Source: a virus. Taken from it: DNA of 28,936 nucleotides. Both the position numbers and the translations under genes were made by a program. Location of the stretch: IMG/VR virus record IMGVR_UViG_3300030103_004108; one strand, given 5' to 3'. Positions 16,841-23,062 of the stretch are shown in pieces (the first letter of the stretch is position 1; each line of letters opens with the position of its first letter). The notes beneath the pieces are model-generated. The model was not told where the DNA came from. It worked only from the letters and a program-made list of their open reading frames with translations, and ran no database searches.

Positions 16841-17319
16841 CTGCTGCTTATTGCTACGTCTAAAGGTGCAAACTTCATCAAGTCTTGCATATCTTCGTTA
16901 GGTTCGTAGTCTGCTATTTCATACTTGTCTTTGTGTCGTGTTGTGATAGGTCTATACATTACGCTTAACGCTTTGTGGTACGTCTTCCAATCTTTTAAGT
17001 AGTTCTCCAAATCGACATATTCACCAAAGCTTATGTCATCAAACTTAGGTATAAAGCCAAATTCTATGTCTTTGATTTTAAACTGTCTTATCAATTGTGG
17101 CTTTTCACTAAACACCTTTGTAAAGTGTGCGATTAATTCGTTCAAGTGCTTCATCTTTATTTTAGCAACTTCGCCTAACTTAATACCACAGAATATCTGT
17201 ATCATCTTCTGCGCTATAAATTCTTCATCGTTGCTATTATCTTTCATTTCAATGAATTGTTGATACCTTGTTAGTGGTATTTCAGATAAGCTTGTAGGAA
17301 GTGTTATGTTTAACTTCAT
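16564..17319 (-). CDS. Hypothetical protein (251 aa in the 0 frame) containing a T9 slippery run; possible chaperone-like gene with an alternative -1 C-terminus
   Basis: ORF from the track, preceded by the conserved leader. Coding-strand T9 at 16840..16832 encodes S-F-F-L. See the -1 frame feature and the first finding. Confidence 0.6.
   Translation of the reverse strand: MKLNITLPTSLSEIPLTRYQQFIEMKDNSNDEEFIAQKMIQIFCGIKLGEVAKIKMKHLNELIAHFTKVFSEKPQLIRQFKIKDIEFGFIPKFDDISFGEYVDLENYLKDWKTYHKALSVMYRPITTRHKDKYEIADYEPNEDMQDLMKFAPLDVAISSSFFLSSLGVELLKATQTYLKKELKKMTKDSTNTQKELNSEKIGDGTLLSMDWLTETLQSMTKLQNTDLLNVSPISASKSKNTKSKQENLNNK
16832..16840 (-). promoter_or_regulatory. Homopolymer T9 (U UUU UUU-type slippery sequence) with a downstream hairpin at 16797..16820
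   Basis: A9 on the plus strand. On the minus sense, 11 nt downstream, lies GCGTAG-N12-CTACGC (6-bp stem, 4 G-C pairs). Confidence 0.5.
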
Positions 17320-17352
17320 ATAGTAATAACTTAATTTTCGTGTTTTTGTACT

Positions 17353-18513
17353 TTACAGCACATTGTAGCTGCCGTAGTTCTTGTTCATTCCTAGCGTTTC
17401 CATTTCGTGGTAACGCACCGCATCTATTGCGTGGTTGTAGTTGTCTATGGGTTTGTTTAGTCTCTTACCTGTCTTGTCTGTATCCCAACAATAAGACCTA
17501 AGTTCTTTTATTAGATTCGTGCTATTAGACGTTACTAAATAGTTTTCACGTTGCATAACATCAATACCGTAGTTAATACTGTCACGTCCTTTCGTTACGC
17601 CTTTTATCGTGATTCCTGCTAGTTGTAGTGTACGAATACTTTTAGGTTCTGCACTATCTGCGTATACAGGTACGTCTTTAGGCAACTTCTTTGCTATGTC
17701 TGAATTTAGCAGACCTGTTTGGTATACTATTTCGTTTAGTATTCGTGTTTCGTTATGCTTGTAGATTTCTATGCAGCTTGTCGGATCGTTTGTATATCCA
17801 AAGTCAAGTCCTATGCCTACAAGTCGTGCTTCTTTTGGTATTGTGTCTATCTGCTTCCAATTACTAAATATGATGCCTTCAAGTTTGCCCATAAGACCGT
17901 TTACATAAACATCCACCCACGATTTCCAATAGTTAGAAGTTTCTGCTTTCTTTATGTTCTTTTCTATTTGCTCTACTATGCCTACGTCTAAAGCTTCGTT
18001 GTCTTTGTATGTTAAGATAATCTTTTCTGCATCTTCTTGTCCTTCAAGTTCTGTCTGTACCCAAAATTCAGCAGTTGGGTTGTAGTCTAAAAATACTTCG
18101 TCTTTTGTTCTAATAGACATTTCTAAAAAACTTTCAAAAGATATTTGATTACACTCATTGATATATAAAATATTTCTTCTACCTCCACGAAGTTTCTTAC
18201 TATCATCTGCACTAAAAAATTCTATAAAGCTGCCGTTTGCAAATTCGTATTTTAGTAGTGACTTATTAAATCGTTCGTCTACAAAACGGTTAGTCCACTT
18301 CATACATTTCAAGAAATCACGAAGCGCACCTCTACGCAAATGTGGTATGCTCTCAGCTACTACGCTAATTTCTAAGCCACCTTTCTTAGCTGCTTTGTCT
18401 ATAAGTATTGGAAGTATTCCAAAAGTCTTTCCTGCAGAAGTTCCACCTTGTATAATCTTGATTCGTTTTTTTAACGCTAAGATTTTATTTATCGCTGTCG
18501 TTCTCTTTAACAT
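17353..18513 (-). CDS. terL: Terminase large subunit (PBSX/Terminase_3-like)
   Basis: 386 aa. Walker A is IIQGGTSAGKT, a Walker-B-like ILYINE is present, and the C-terminal half is nuclease-like (GLDFGYTNDPT ... ADSAEP). It overlaps terS by 29 nt. Confidence 0.85.
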   Translation of the reverse strand: MLKRTTAINKILALKKRIKIIQGGTSAGKTFGILPILIDKAAKKGGLEISVVAESIPHLRRGALRDFLKCMKWTNRFVDERFNKSLLKYEFANGSFIEFFSADDSKKLRGGRRNILYINECNQISFESFLEMSIRTKDEVFLDYNPTAEFWVQTELEGQEDAEKIILTYKDNEALDVGIVEQIEKNIKKAETSNYWKSWVDVYVNGLMGKLEGIIFSNWKQIDTIPKEARLVGIGLDFGYTNDPTSCIEIYKHNETRILNEIVYQTGLLNSDIAKKLPKDVPVYADSAEPKSIRTLQLAGITIKGVTKGRDSINYGIDVMQRENYLVTSNSTNLIKELRSYCWDTDKTGKRLNKPIDNYNHAIDAVRYHEMETLGMNKNYGSYNVL

Positions 18514-18913
18514 CGGGGAATAATGGTTGTTCTATATTTGTTTGTTCTATCTGCTCTTTTAGTGCGTTTAGACGTTGTGTAATGCTTGGGTTATACTGAC
18601 CTACCATACCGCCGCTTATTTGGTCTTCACGTATTTCTTTGCGTATACGCGTACAGACGGTGTAAAATTCTTTGTATTCTTCTTTCTTATTAAAGTAATT
18701 TTCTACGGTTAAGTCAAACTTTTCCCAACAGAATATTTCAAAACCTTCCATTGTTAAAGGTACTTCTAGTGGTTCTCCTACCATATCTCCACTTCTTTGG
18801 TTTAAGTGGTATTTTATTCTAGGATTCGTCTTTCTGTGAACCTTGTAAGCTTTGAACATATCATACATTTGTTCTGTGCTTTCTATCTTTCTTGGTCTAC
18901 CCCTTTTTGCCAT
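18485..18913 (-). CDS. terS: Terminase small subunit
   Basis: 142 aa. The N-terminal MAKRGRPRK, PLTMEGFEIFCW and the ...ISGGMVGQYNPSITQRLNALK pattern are typical of Terminase_4/gp3-like small subunits. It lies immediately upstream of terL. Confidence 0.7.
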   Translation of the reverse strand: MAKRGRPRKIESTEQMYDMFKAYKVHRKTNPRIKYHLNQRSGDMVGEPLEVPLTMEGFEIFCWEKFDLTVENYFNKKEEYKEFYTVCTRIRKEIREDQISGGMVGQYNPSITQRLNALKEQIEQTNIEQPLFPDVKENDSDK

Positions 18914-19295
18914 CTTCGTAAGTTTTATAGACTTTGTGCATATTCGTGTTTATTTCTCTTAGACAACTAGCGCAGTTTGTCACCTGTTGGTTTGCAGTAA
19001 ATACTCTATTATAGATACTAAGCATGTGTCTTTGTTCGCTTGGCTTCATTACTTGTCTGTCTATTGCGTACCATTCCGTGAGCCATTTGTATTCGTCTTC
19101 TTGTAGGCATAAAGGTTTTTTATATCTAAACAAGTTGTTTAAGTATTGCTTACGTTCTTCACACCCACAGTCGTCACCTGCTAACCACTTGACCGCTTTT
19201 TTTATTCCTGTGGCTTCTGTTATTTTTTCTATTGTGTCTCCTAGACCTTCTGACTTCTTTTTAGTCGTTCGTTTTTTTGTTGCTTTCTTTGCCAT
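18897..19295 (-). CDS. Conserved hypothetical phage protein with a GLGD...CGC motif
   Basis: 132 aa. GLGDTIEKITEATGIKKAVKWLAGDDCGCEERKQYLNNLF resembles a motif I recall as widespread in marine phage genomes near terminase genes. Function unknown. Confidence 0.65.
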   Translation of the reverse strand: MAKKATKKRTTKKKSEGLGDTIEKITEATGIKKAVKWLAGDDCGCEERKQYLNNLFRYKKPLCLQEDEYKWLTEWYAIDRQVMKPSEQRHMLSIYNRVFTANQQVTNCASCLREINTNMHKVYKTYEDGKKG

Positions 19296-19419
19296 TTGTT
19301 TTATTTAAGATTCTTTTTAGTTCTTCTATCTGTAGTAGTGTTTCATTGTCTTCTTCTGCATTGCCGTTTATCTTGCTTTGCAGTCTTTTAATTTCTGCTT
19401 TTATGTCTTTTATTCGCAT
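19261..19419 (-). CDS. Small coiled-coil ORF (52 aa), not in the track; tentative
   Basis: Hand translation: MRIKDIKAEIKRLQSKINGNAEEDNETLLQIEELKRILNKTNGKESNKKTND. The ATG at 19419 overlaps the sigma gene stop. The ORF fills the 114-nt gap before the next gene. Confidence 0.4.
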   Translation of the reverse strand: MRIKDIKAEIKRLQSKINGNAEEDNETLLQIEELKRILNKTNGKESNKKTND

Positions 19420-19949
19420 AAGTGTTCGTAGTCATCGTTTACATAATCTTCGTAGTCTTCGCCTACATTTATGCGTATTTCGTTCTTGCAATACTTTAGC
19501 GTTTGAAATATGCTGCTTGTGCTTATTCGTGTTTCTTCAGAAAGTTTTCTTATTGACTTACCACTTTCACGATACAGGTTAAACAACATTTGATCATACC
19601 AATGCCAAGTTTCTACTTCACTATCTATTTTTTTGATTAACGAAGTAAAAGCTTCTGTTTCTTCTATGTAGTCGTATTCTACGCCTAAGTTGTACACTTC
19701 TTCTATATTAACTTTCTTATGCTTGTTTTGTTGTTTACGATAATCGTGTACTAAATTGTAAAGTACACATCTTATGTAGTATTTGTTTACTGTTCCGTCT
19801 TCCTGTAGTATGCGTTCCGGTGTACAATACTTACTAATCTTTATGTACATTTCTTGTACTATGTCTTCTGCTAAGTCATCAACACCTAAACTTTTTACAA
19901 TTCGTAAATAGTCTTCGTGATGTTCTGCAACTTTACTAAGCCATTTCAT
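19410..19949 (-). CDS. Sigma-70 family (ECF-like, two-domain) RNA polymerase sigma factor
   Basis: 179 aa. The region-2-like segment is AEDIVQEMYIKISKY ... YIRCVLYNLVHDYRKQQ. The region-4 HTH-like segment is LFNLYRESGKSIRKLSEETRISTSSIFQTLKYCKNEIR. Confidence 0.65.
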   Translation of the reverse strand: MKWLSKVAEHHEDYLRIVKSLGVDDLAEDIVQEMYIKISKYCTPERILQEDGTVNKYYIRCVLYNLVHDYRKQQNKHKKVNIEEVYNLGVEYDYIEETEAFTSLIKKIDSEVETWHWYDQMLFNLYRESGKSIRKLSEETRISTSSIFQTLKYCKNEIRINVGEDYEDYVNDDYEHLCE

Positions 19950-19964
19950 TGATTAGTATTTAAA

Positions 19965-19972
19965 CAAATGTA
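19965..19972 (-). promoter_or_regulatory. Bacteroidota-type -7 promoter box (TACATTTG) upstream of the sigma gene
   Basis: The minus-sense TACATTTG matches the TAnnTTTG consensus exactly. It lies 14 nt before the ATG and just downstream of the early-region terminator. The -33 element is imperfect (TTTA). Confidence 0.45.
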
Positions 19973-20025
19973 GTGATTATTTTCTAGTAGTGTAAAGACG
20001 TACTTATTAACGAAACGTTGTGAAT

Positions 20026-20052
20026 AAAAAAAAGCACCCATTTCTGAGTGCT
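20026..20052 (-). terminator. Rho-independent terminator closing the early/replication-recombination operon
   Basis: Minus-sense AGCACUC-AGAAAU-GGGUGCU (7-bp stem with one G-U pair) followed by a U7-8 tract. It starts 24 nt past the stop at 20076. Confidence 0.8.
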
Positions 20053-20075
20053 TCACCTAAACAACTTAACCTAAT

Positions 20076-20327
20076 CTAAAAAGGTAAATCAGTATCGGGT
20101 AAGTCTTGTGGCATATTCTGCTTTGGTGCTTCTGCTTCTTGTACTGCGTTGTAAGGTTCTGAAAACTTAACGCTGAAGTATTTCTTACCGTTCTGTGATT
20201 CGTTTAACCATACTGCAAGGTCTTTAACTTTGCCGTCTATCATTGCCTTACCTTTGTAGTCCGGATGTTGTTCCGTCTTTTTGTAGTCGTTCTTAAAAAT
20301 CGCACCTGTGTTGTCTTTCTGTTCCAT
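20076..20327 (-). CDS. Small SSB-like protein (83 aa) with an acidic C-terminal D-L-P-F tip; DUF736-like core
   Basis: The C-terminus ...PQDLPDTDLPF mimics the SSB C-terminal tip (D-D-D-I-P-F). The core HPDYKGKAMIDGKVKDLAVWLNESQNGKKYFSVKFSEP resembles the PDYR...G.AW.K.S..G..YLSVKL pattern of DUF736. Confidence 0.45.
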   Translation of the reverse strand: MEQKDNTGAIFKNDYKKTEQHPDYKGKAMIDGKVKDLAVWLNESQNGKKYFSVKFSEPYNAVQEAEAPKQNMPQDLPDTDLPF

Positions 20328-20333
20328 TGTTAT

Positions 20334-20741
20334 TTATTTTAAAATTGTTTTTAATTCTTGTTGTTTGTCAAAGTATAGCATAAATTCTATGTCATTAGTA
20401 GAACCTTCTCTTGGCGTTCTACCTCCTGTTCTACCTGTGGCTTGTAACTTATTTACGTTGCCGTATATTATAGCATCTTCGCAGTCCCATATTATAATGG
20501 GTGCTTTTGTATCGCATAGCTTTACAATCTTTCGTGCAGCTACAGGCAACGGATAGCAATTTTCTAAGGTTCTATTTCTGCCTTTGACTTCTGCATAATA
20601 TGTCTTTTCGTCTTTTGTTATTTTAAAGTCTACATCGTTTTCGCCAAGCTTTTCATATTTTGCATTGCTTTGTTCGCAAAGTATTTTAATTGCGTTTTCT
20701 TCTCTTGTCAAGTCTGACTGTGTTTCGAAGCGTGTAGTCAT
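20334..20741 (-). CDS. PD-(D/E)XK nuclease-fold-like protein (135 aa), tentative
   Basis: NDVDFKITKDEKTYYAEVKGR gives a D...E-x-K arrangement. It is coupled by an ATGA overlap to the upstream RHH ORF. Confidence 0.35.
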   Translation of the reverse strand: MTTRFETQSDLTREENAIKILCEQSNAKYEKLGENDVDFKITKDEKTYYAEVKGRNRTLENCYPLPVAARKIVKLCDTKAPIIIWDCEDAIIYGNVNKLQATGRTGGRTPREGSTNDIEFMLYFDKQQELKTILK

Positions 20742-20875
20742 TTTATTGTTTTACTTAATATGTATGCGCTTAACGTCTTTCGTGTTCGCCTTGCCTTTTC
20801 TGTTAAAAGCTTCTTTTGTTCGTCTGTTACTCTTATGTGAATAACGCTAGTTTTTCGTGTTTTCGTTGTCTGCAT
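20738..20875 (-). CDS. Ribbon-helix-helix (Arc/MetJ/CopG-like) small DNA-binding protein (45 aa), not in the track
   Basis: Hand translation: MQTTKTRKTSVIHIRVTDEQKKLLTEKARRTRKTLSAYILSKTIK. The pattern h-I-R-V-T-x-E-x3-L...A...xxS.S.YI is a classic RHH signature. It shares an ATGA overlap with the next gene and overlaps the upstream gene by 29 nt. Confidence 0.6.
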   Translation of the reverse strand: MQTTKTRKTSVIHIRVTDEQKKLLTEKARRTRKTLSAYILSKTIK

Positions 20876-21068
20876 TGTATTCGTTTAGTTCTTTAATAAT
20901 TAGATCAACACCTTCTATAAAATCTATTTTTCTGCTTTTGATAAGCATAACAGTCTCGTTGATTGTTTCTCTGTCTCCTATGACATATCCAAGTTTACTC
21001 AGAAGTTGTTTAGACTCTTGTTCTTTTCTTTTTAATTCTCTGTAGTGTTCAAATATTTGATTGTCCAT
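20847..21068 (-). CDS. Hypothetical protein (73 aa)
   Basis: ORF from the track, 3 nt downstream of the exonuclease gene. No motif recognised. Confidence 0.6.
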   Translation of the reverse strand: MDNQIFEHYRELKRKEQESKQLLSKLGYVIGDRETINETVMLIKSRKIDFIEGVDLIIKELNEYNADNENTKN

Positions 21069-21071
21069 ATC

Positions 21072-21737
21072 TTAGCTTATTAGTGTTGCGTAATACTTTC
21101 TGCAGTCTTCTATTCTGTCGTATATGTCTTTTATTACTTGTTCGTCACGTTCTATAACAAAAGTTTTTATTCGTTTTTCTGCAGGTATGTTGTCAAAGTT
21201 GTGCTGCGCTTCAACGTGTTCACGAAGTTCATCACTTTCATCTATTAAGTGTTCTTTCCAATGTGCACGTCTTACTTCGTCTTCTACCATAAGTGTAGGT
21301 GTGTTTACTAAGCAATAACATAAGTAAGATTTAGTCTTACCTGTTAAAGCCATATAACCTTGCAGTTGATAATAGTAGTCTTTGTTCGGTATGTCTTCTG
21401 CAAAGAATGGAAACGTTGTAGCATCCCAAGAAGATTTAACGTCAAGTATAATGTCCGTGTTTACATCGGGTGTACCTGTCAAGTAGTCGTTTGTAAAGTG
21501 TTCTTCGTTCTTGATCATAAAACCTAAGTCTAAAACGTTTTCGCATAGCTTTATTGCATCGTCTTCAACTTCGTTGCCTTTGTCCGTGTATCTACTGTTA
21601 AACTCTTTACGTTTGCCGTACATTTCTTCTACTGCAAGTTCCTGTAAATATGTCTTACAAGTCTTGCTTAGTGTTTCTGTTTTACTTCTACTGTTAGTCA
21701 TTATCTTACCAATAGAAGAACACCTAATCTTTAGCAT
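21072..21737 (-). CDS. YqaJ/lambda-exonuclease-like PD-(D/E)XK recombination exonuclease
   Basis: 221 aa. It carries an N-terminal RCSSIGKIMT, a catalytic-type GTPDVNTDIILDVKSS, and YYYQLQGYMALTGK. Confidence 0.7.
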   Translation of the reverse strand: MLKIRCSSIGKIMTNSRSKTETLSKTCKTYLQELAVEEMYGKRKEFNSRYTDKGNEVEDDAIKLCENVLDLGFMIKNEEHFTNDYLTGTPDVNTDIILDVKSSWDATTFPFFAEDIPNKDYYYQLQGYMALTGKTKSYLCYCLVNTPTLMVEDEVRRAHWKEHLIDESDELREHVEAQHNFDNIPAEKRIKTFVIERDEQVIKDIYDRIEDCRKYYATLIS

Positions 21738-22255
21738 AATTCAAGTGCTTTAGATTGTGAAGTAGTTAGTGCAAACTTATCTGTAAGTTTGTCTTTCGTA
21801 ATCTTACCTTCTTGTACTGCTTTTAACGCATCTTTAAAGCGTGGCCAACTTAGCTTTTCTTTCTTATCTACAGGTACTTGCTCACCTGCTGCATCCGTAT
21901 CTTTGTCAGTTACTAAGCCAAGACTGCTCGAAATACAGTAACGACGGAAATAACTCACGCCACTACCGAAACTTTGGTAGTCATTCATTCCTTTTAAACT
22001 TACTTGTGGAATAAGTGTGTTTGATTCTAACGTTTCACCACTTTCAACGTGAAAGATAATAGTGTTTAAGTAATTATCTTCTTCGTGTGTGTTAATTAGT
22101 TGTGTGAATCCTAATCCGTGTTTTTCTAATAGTGGGTTAATCTTGTCAAAGATCGTAGGCAAGTCTGCATACGAATATCCATAACCTTTTGTGCCTTTGA
22201 ATATTGGCTTTACTTCTTGCTGAAAAGCTGCAAGTGCTTTAAATAAATGTTTCAT
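21731..22255 (-). CDS. erf: Erf-family single-strand annealing protein
   Basis: 174 aa. YSYADLPTIFDKINPLLEKHGLGFTQ ... FHVESGETLES ... FGSGVSYFRRYCISSSLGLVTDKDTD fits the ERF superfamily pattern (Y.YA.L ... H.SGE ... tY.RRY ... D.D). It overlaps the exonuclease gene by 7 nt. Confidence 0.75.
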   Translation of the reverse strand: MKHLFKALAAFQQEVKPIFKGTKGYGYSYADLPTIFDKINPLLEKHGLGFTQLINTHEEDNYLNTIIFHVESGETLESNTLIPQVSLKGMNDYQSFGSGVSYFRRYCISSSLGLVTDKDTDAAGEQVPVDKKEKLSWPRFKDALKAVQEGKITKDKLTDKFALTTSQSKALELC

Positions 22256-22268
22256 AGTGTTGTGTTAA

Positions 22269-22478
22269 TTAATTTGTGTATTTCTCTATGTATGTATTAA
22301 ACCAATTTATTATGTTTTTCGCACCTTCGCAGTGCATAGAATGACAATAGTTTTCTGAACATATATAACCCGGATTAAGGTCTATCCAATAATCTTGTTC
22401 GTGGTCTTCTGTGTATAACTCACGAACTGCTTCGTGTTGCTCTAATTGTTTTAGTGTTTTAACTTTTTTAATCTTCAT
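22269..22478 (-). CDS. Hypothetical protein (69 aa, several Cys/His)
   Basis: ORF from the track, preceded by a promoter-like cassette. Confidence 0.6.
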   Translation of the reverse strand: MKIKKVKTLKQLEQHEAVRELYTEDHEQDYWIDLNPGYICSENYCHSMHCEGAKNIINWFNTYIEKYTN

Positions 22479-22528
22479 TTTGTGTTTTTTAAGTGTGTTA
22501 ATTAATTTGTATACACAAATATAATACT
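22479..22528 (-). promoter_or_regulatory. Internal early promoter/operator cassette (-7 box TATATTTG at 22516..22523, palindrome TGTATACA, TTAATTAA)
   Basis: Minus-sense TATATTTGTGTATACAAATTAATTAACACACTTAAAAAACACAAA-ATG. About 40 nt are shared with the cassette at 27047..27090. Confidence 0.45.
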
Positions 22529-23062
22529 TTATTTTGTATTTTTTATTTTCTGCTTGTACAATTCTATTATATCTTTTAATTCTTCTCGTGTGTACTTGCG
22601 TGTTTTGTGTGCTTCTTCGTGTAGGTTTATTAGTTCTTCGCCTCCTATTCGTTTTTCTATACCTATTTGATAGTTCAATAGATCACCACTTTTATCTTTG
22701 TTGCACGGTCTACTGCACTGAGCGTGACAATTAAAAGGATTGAACCTAACAGAACCGTGTCCACCTGCCGAATAGTAATGTCCGGCATCTATGTTTCCTT
22801 TGCGTAATGGCTTACCACAAGAAATACACGGATAACCTTTTACCATATCTCTTGCCCTTATATATGCGTTAAAATAACGTTGTGCTTTCTTCATTAAACT
22901 TTGAACAGTTTCAAGCTTTTCTTTTAGTTCTTTTTTTTCTTTTTTCCAATTCTTGACCTTTGCAGTTTCTACCCATACCTTAACGCATTCAGACTTAAAG
23001 CAATATTTTTGGTTAAAGTGCTTGGCTTCGAATTTGTCTTTGCAGTTTTTACAACGTGGCAT
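22529..23062 (-). CDS. ninG: NinG/Rap-family recombination (structure-specific) endonuclease
   Basis: 177 aa. It has an N-terminal CKNCKDKF...KYCFKSEC, then FNAYIRARDMVKGYPCISCGKPL...IDAGHYYSAG...RFNPFNCHAQCSRPCNKDKSG, the canonical NinG pattern. Confidence 0.8.
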   Translation of the reverse strand: MPRCKNCKDKFEAKHFNQKYCFKSECVKVWVETAKVKNWKKEKKELKEKLETVQSLMKKAQRYFNAYIRARDMVKGYPCISCGKPLRKGNIDAGHYYSAGGHGSVRFNPFNCHAQCSRPCNKDKSGDLLNYQIGIEKRIGGEELINLHEEAHKTRKYTREELKDIIELYKQKIKNTK

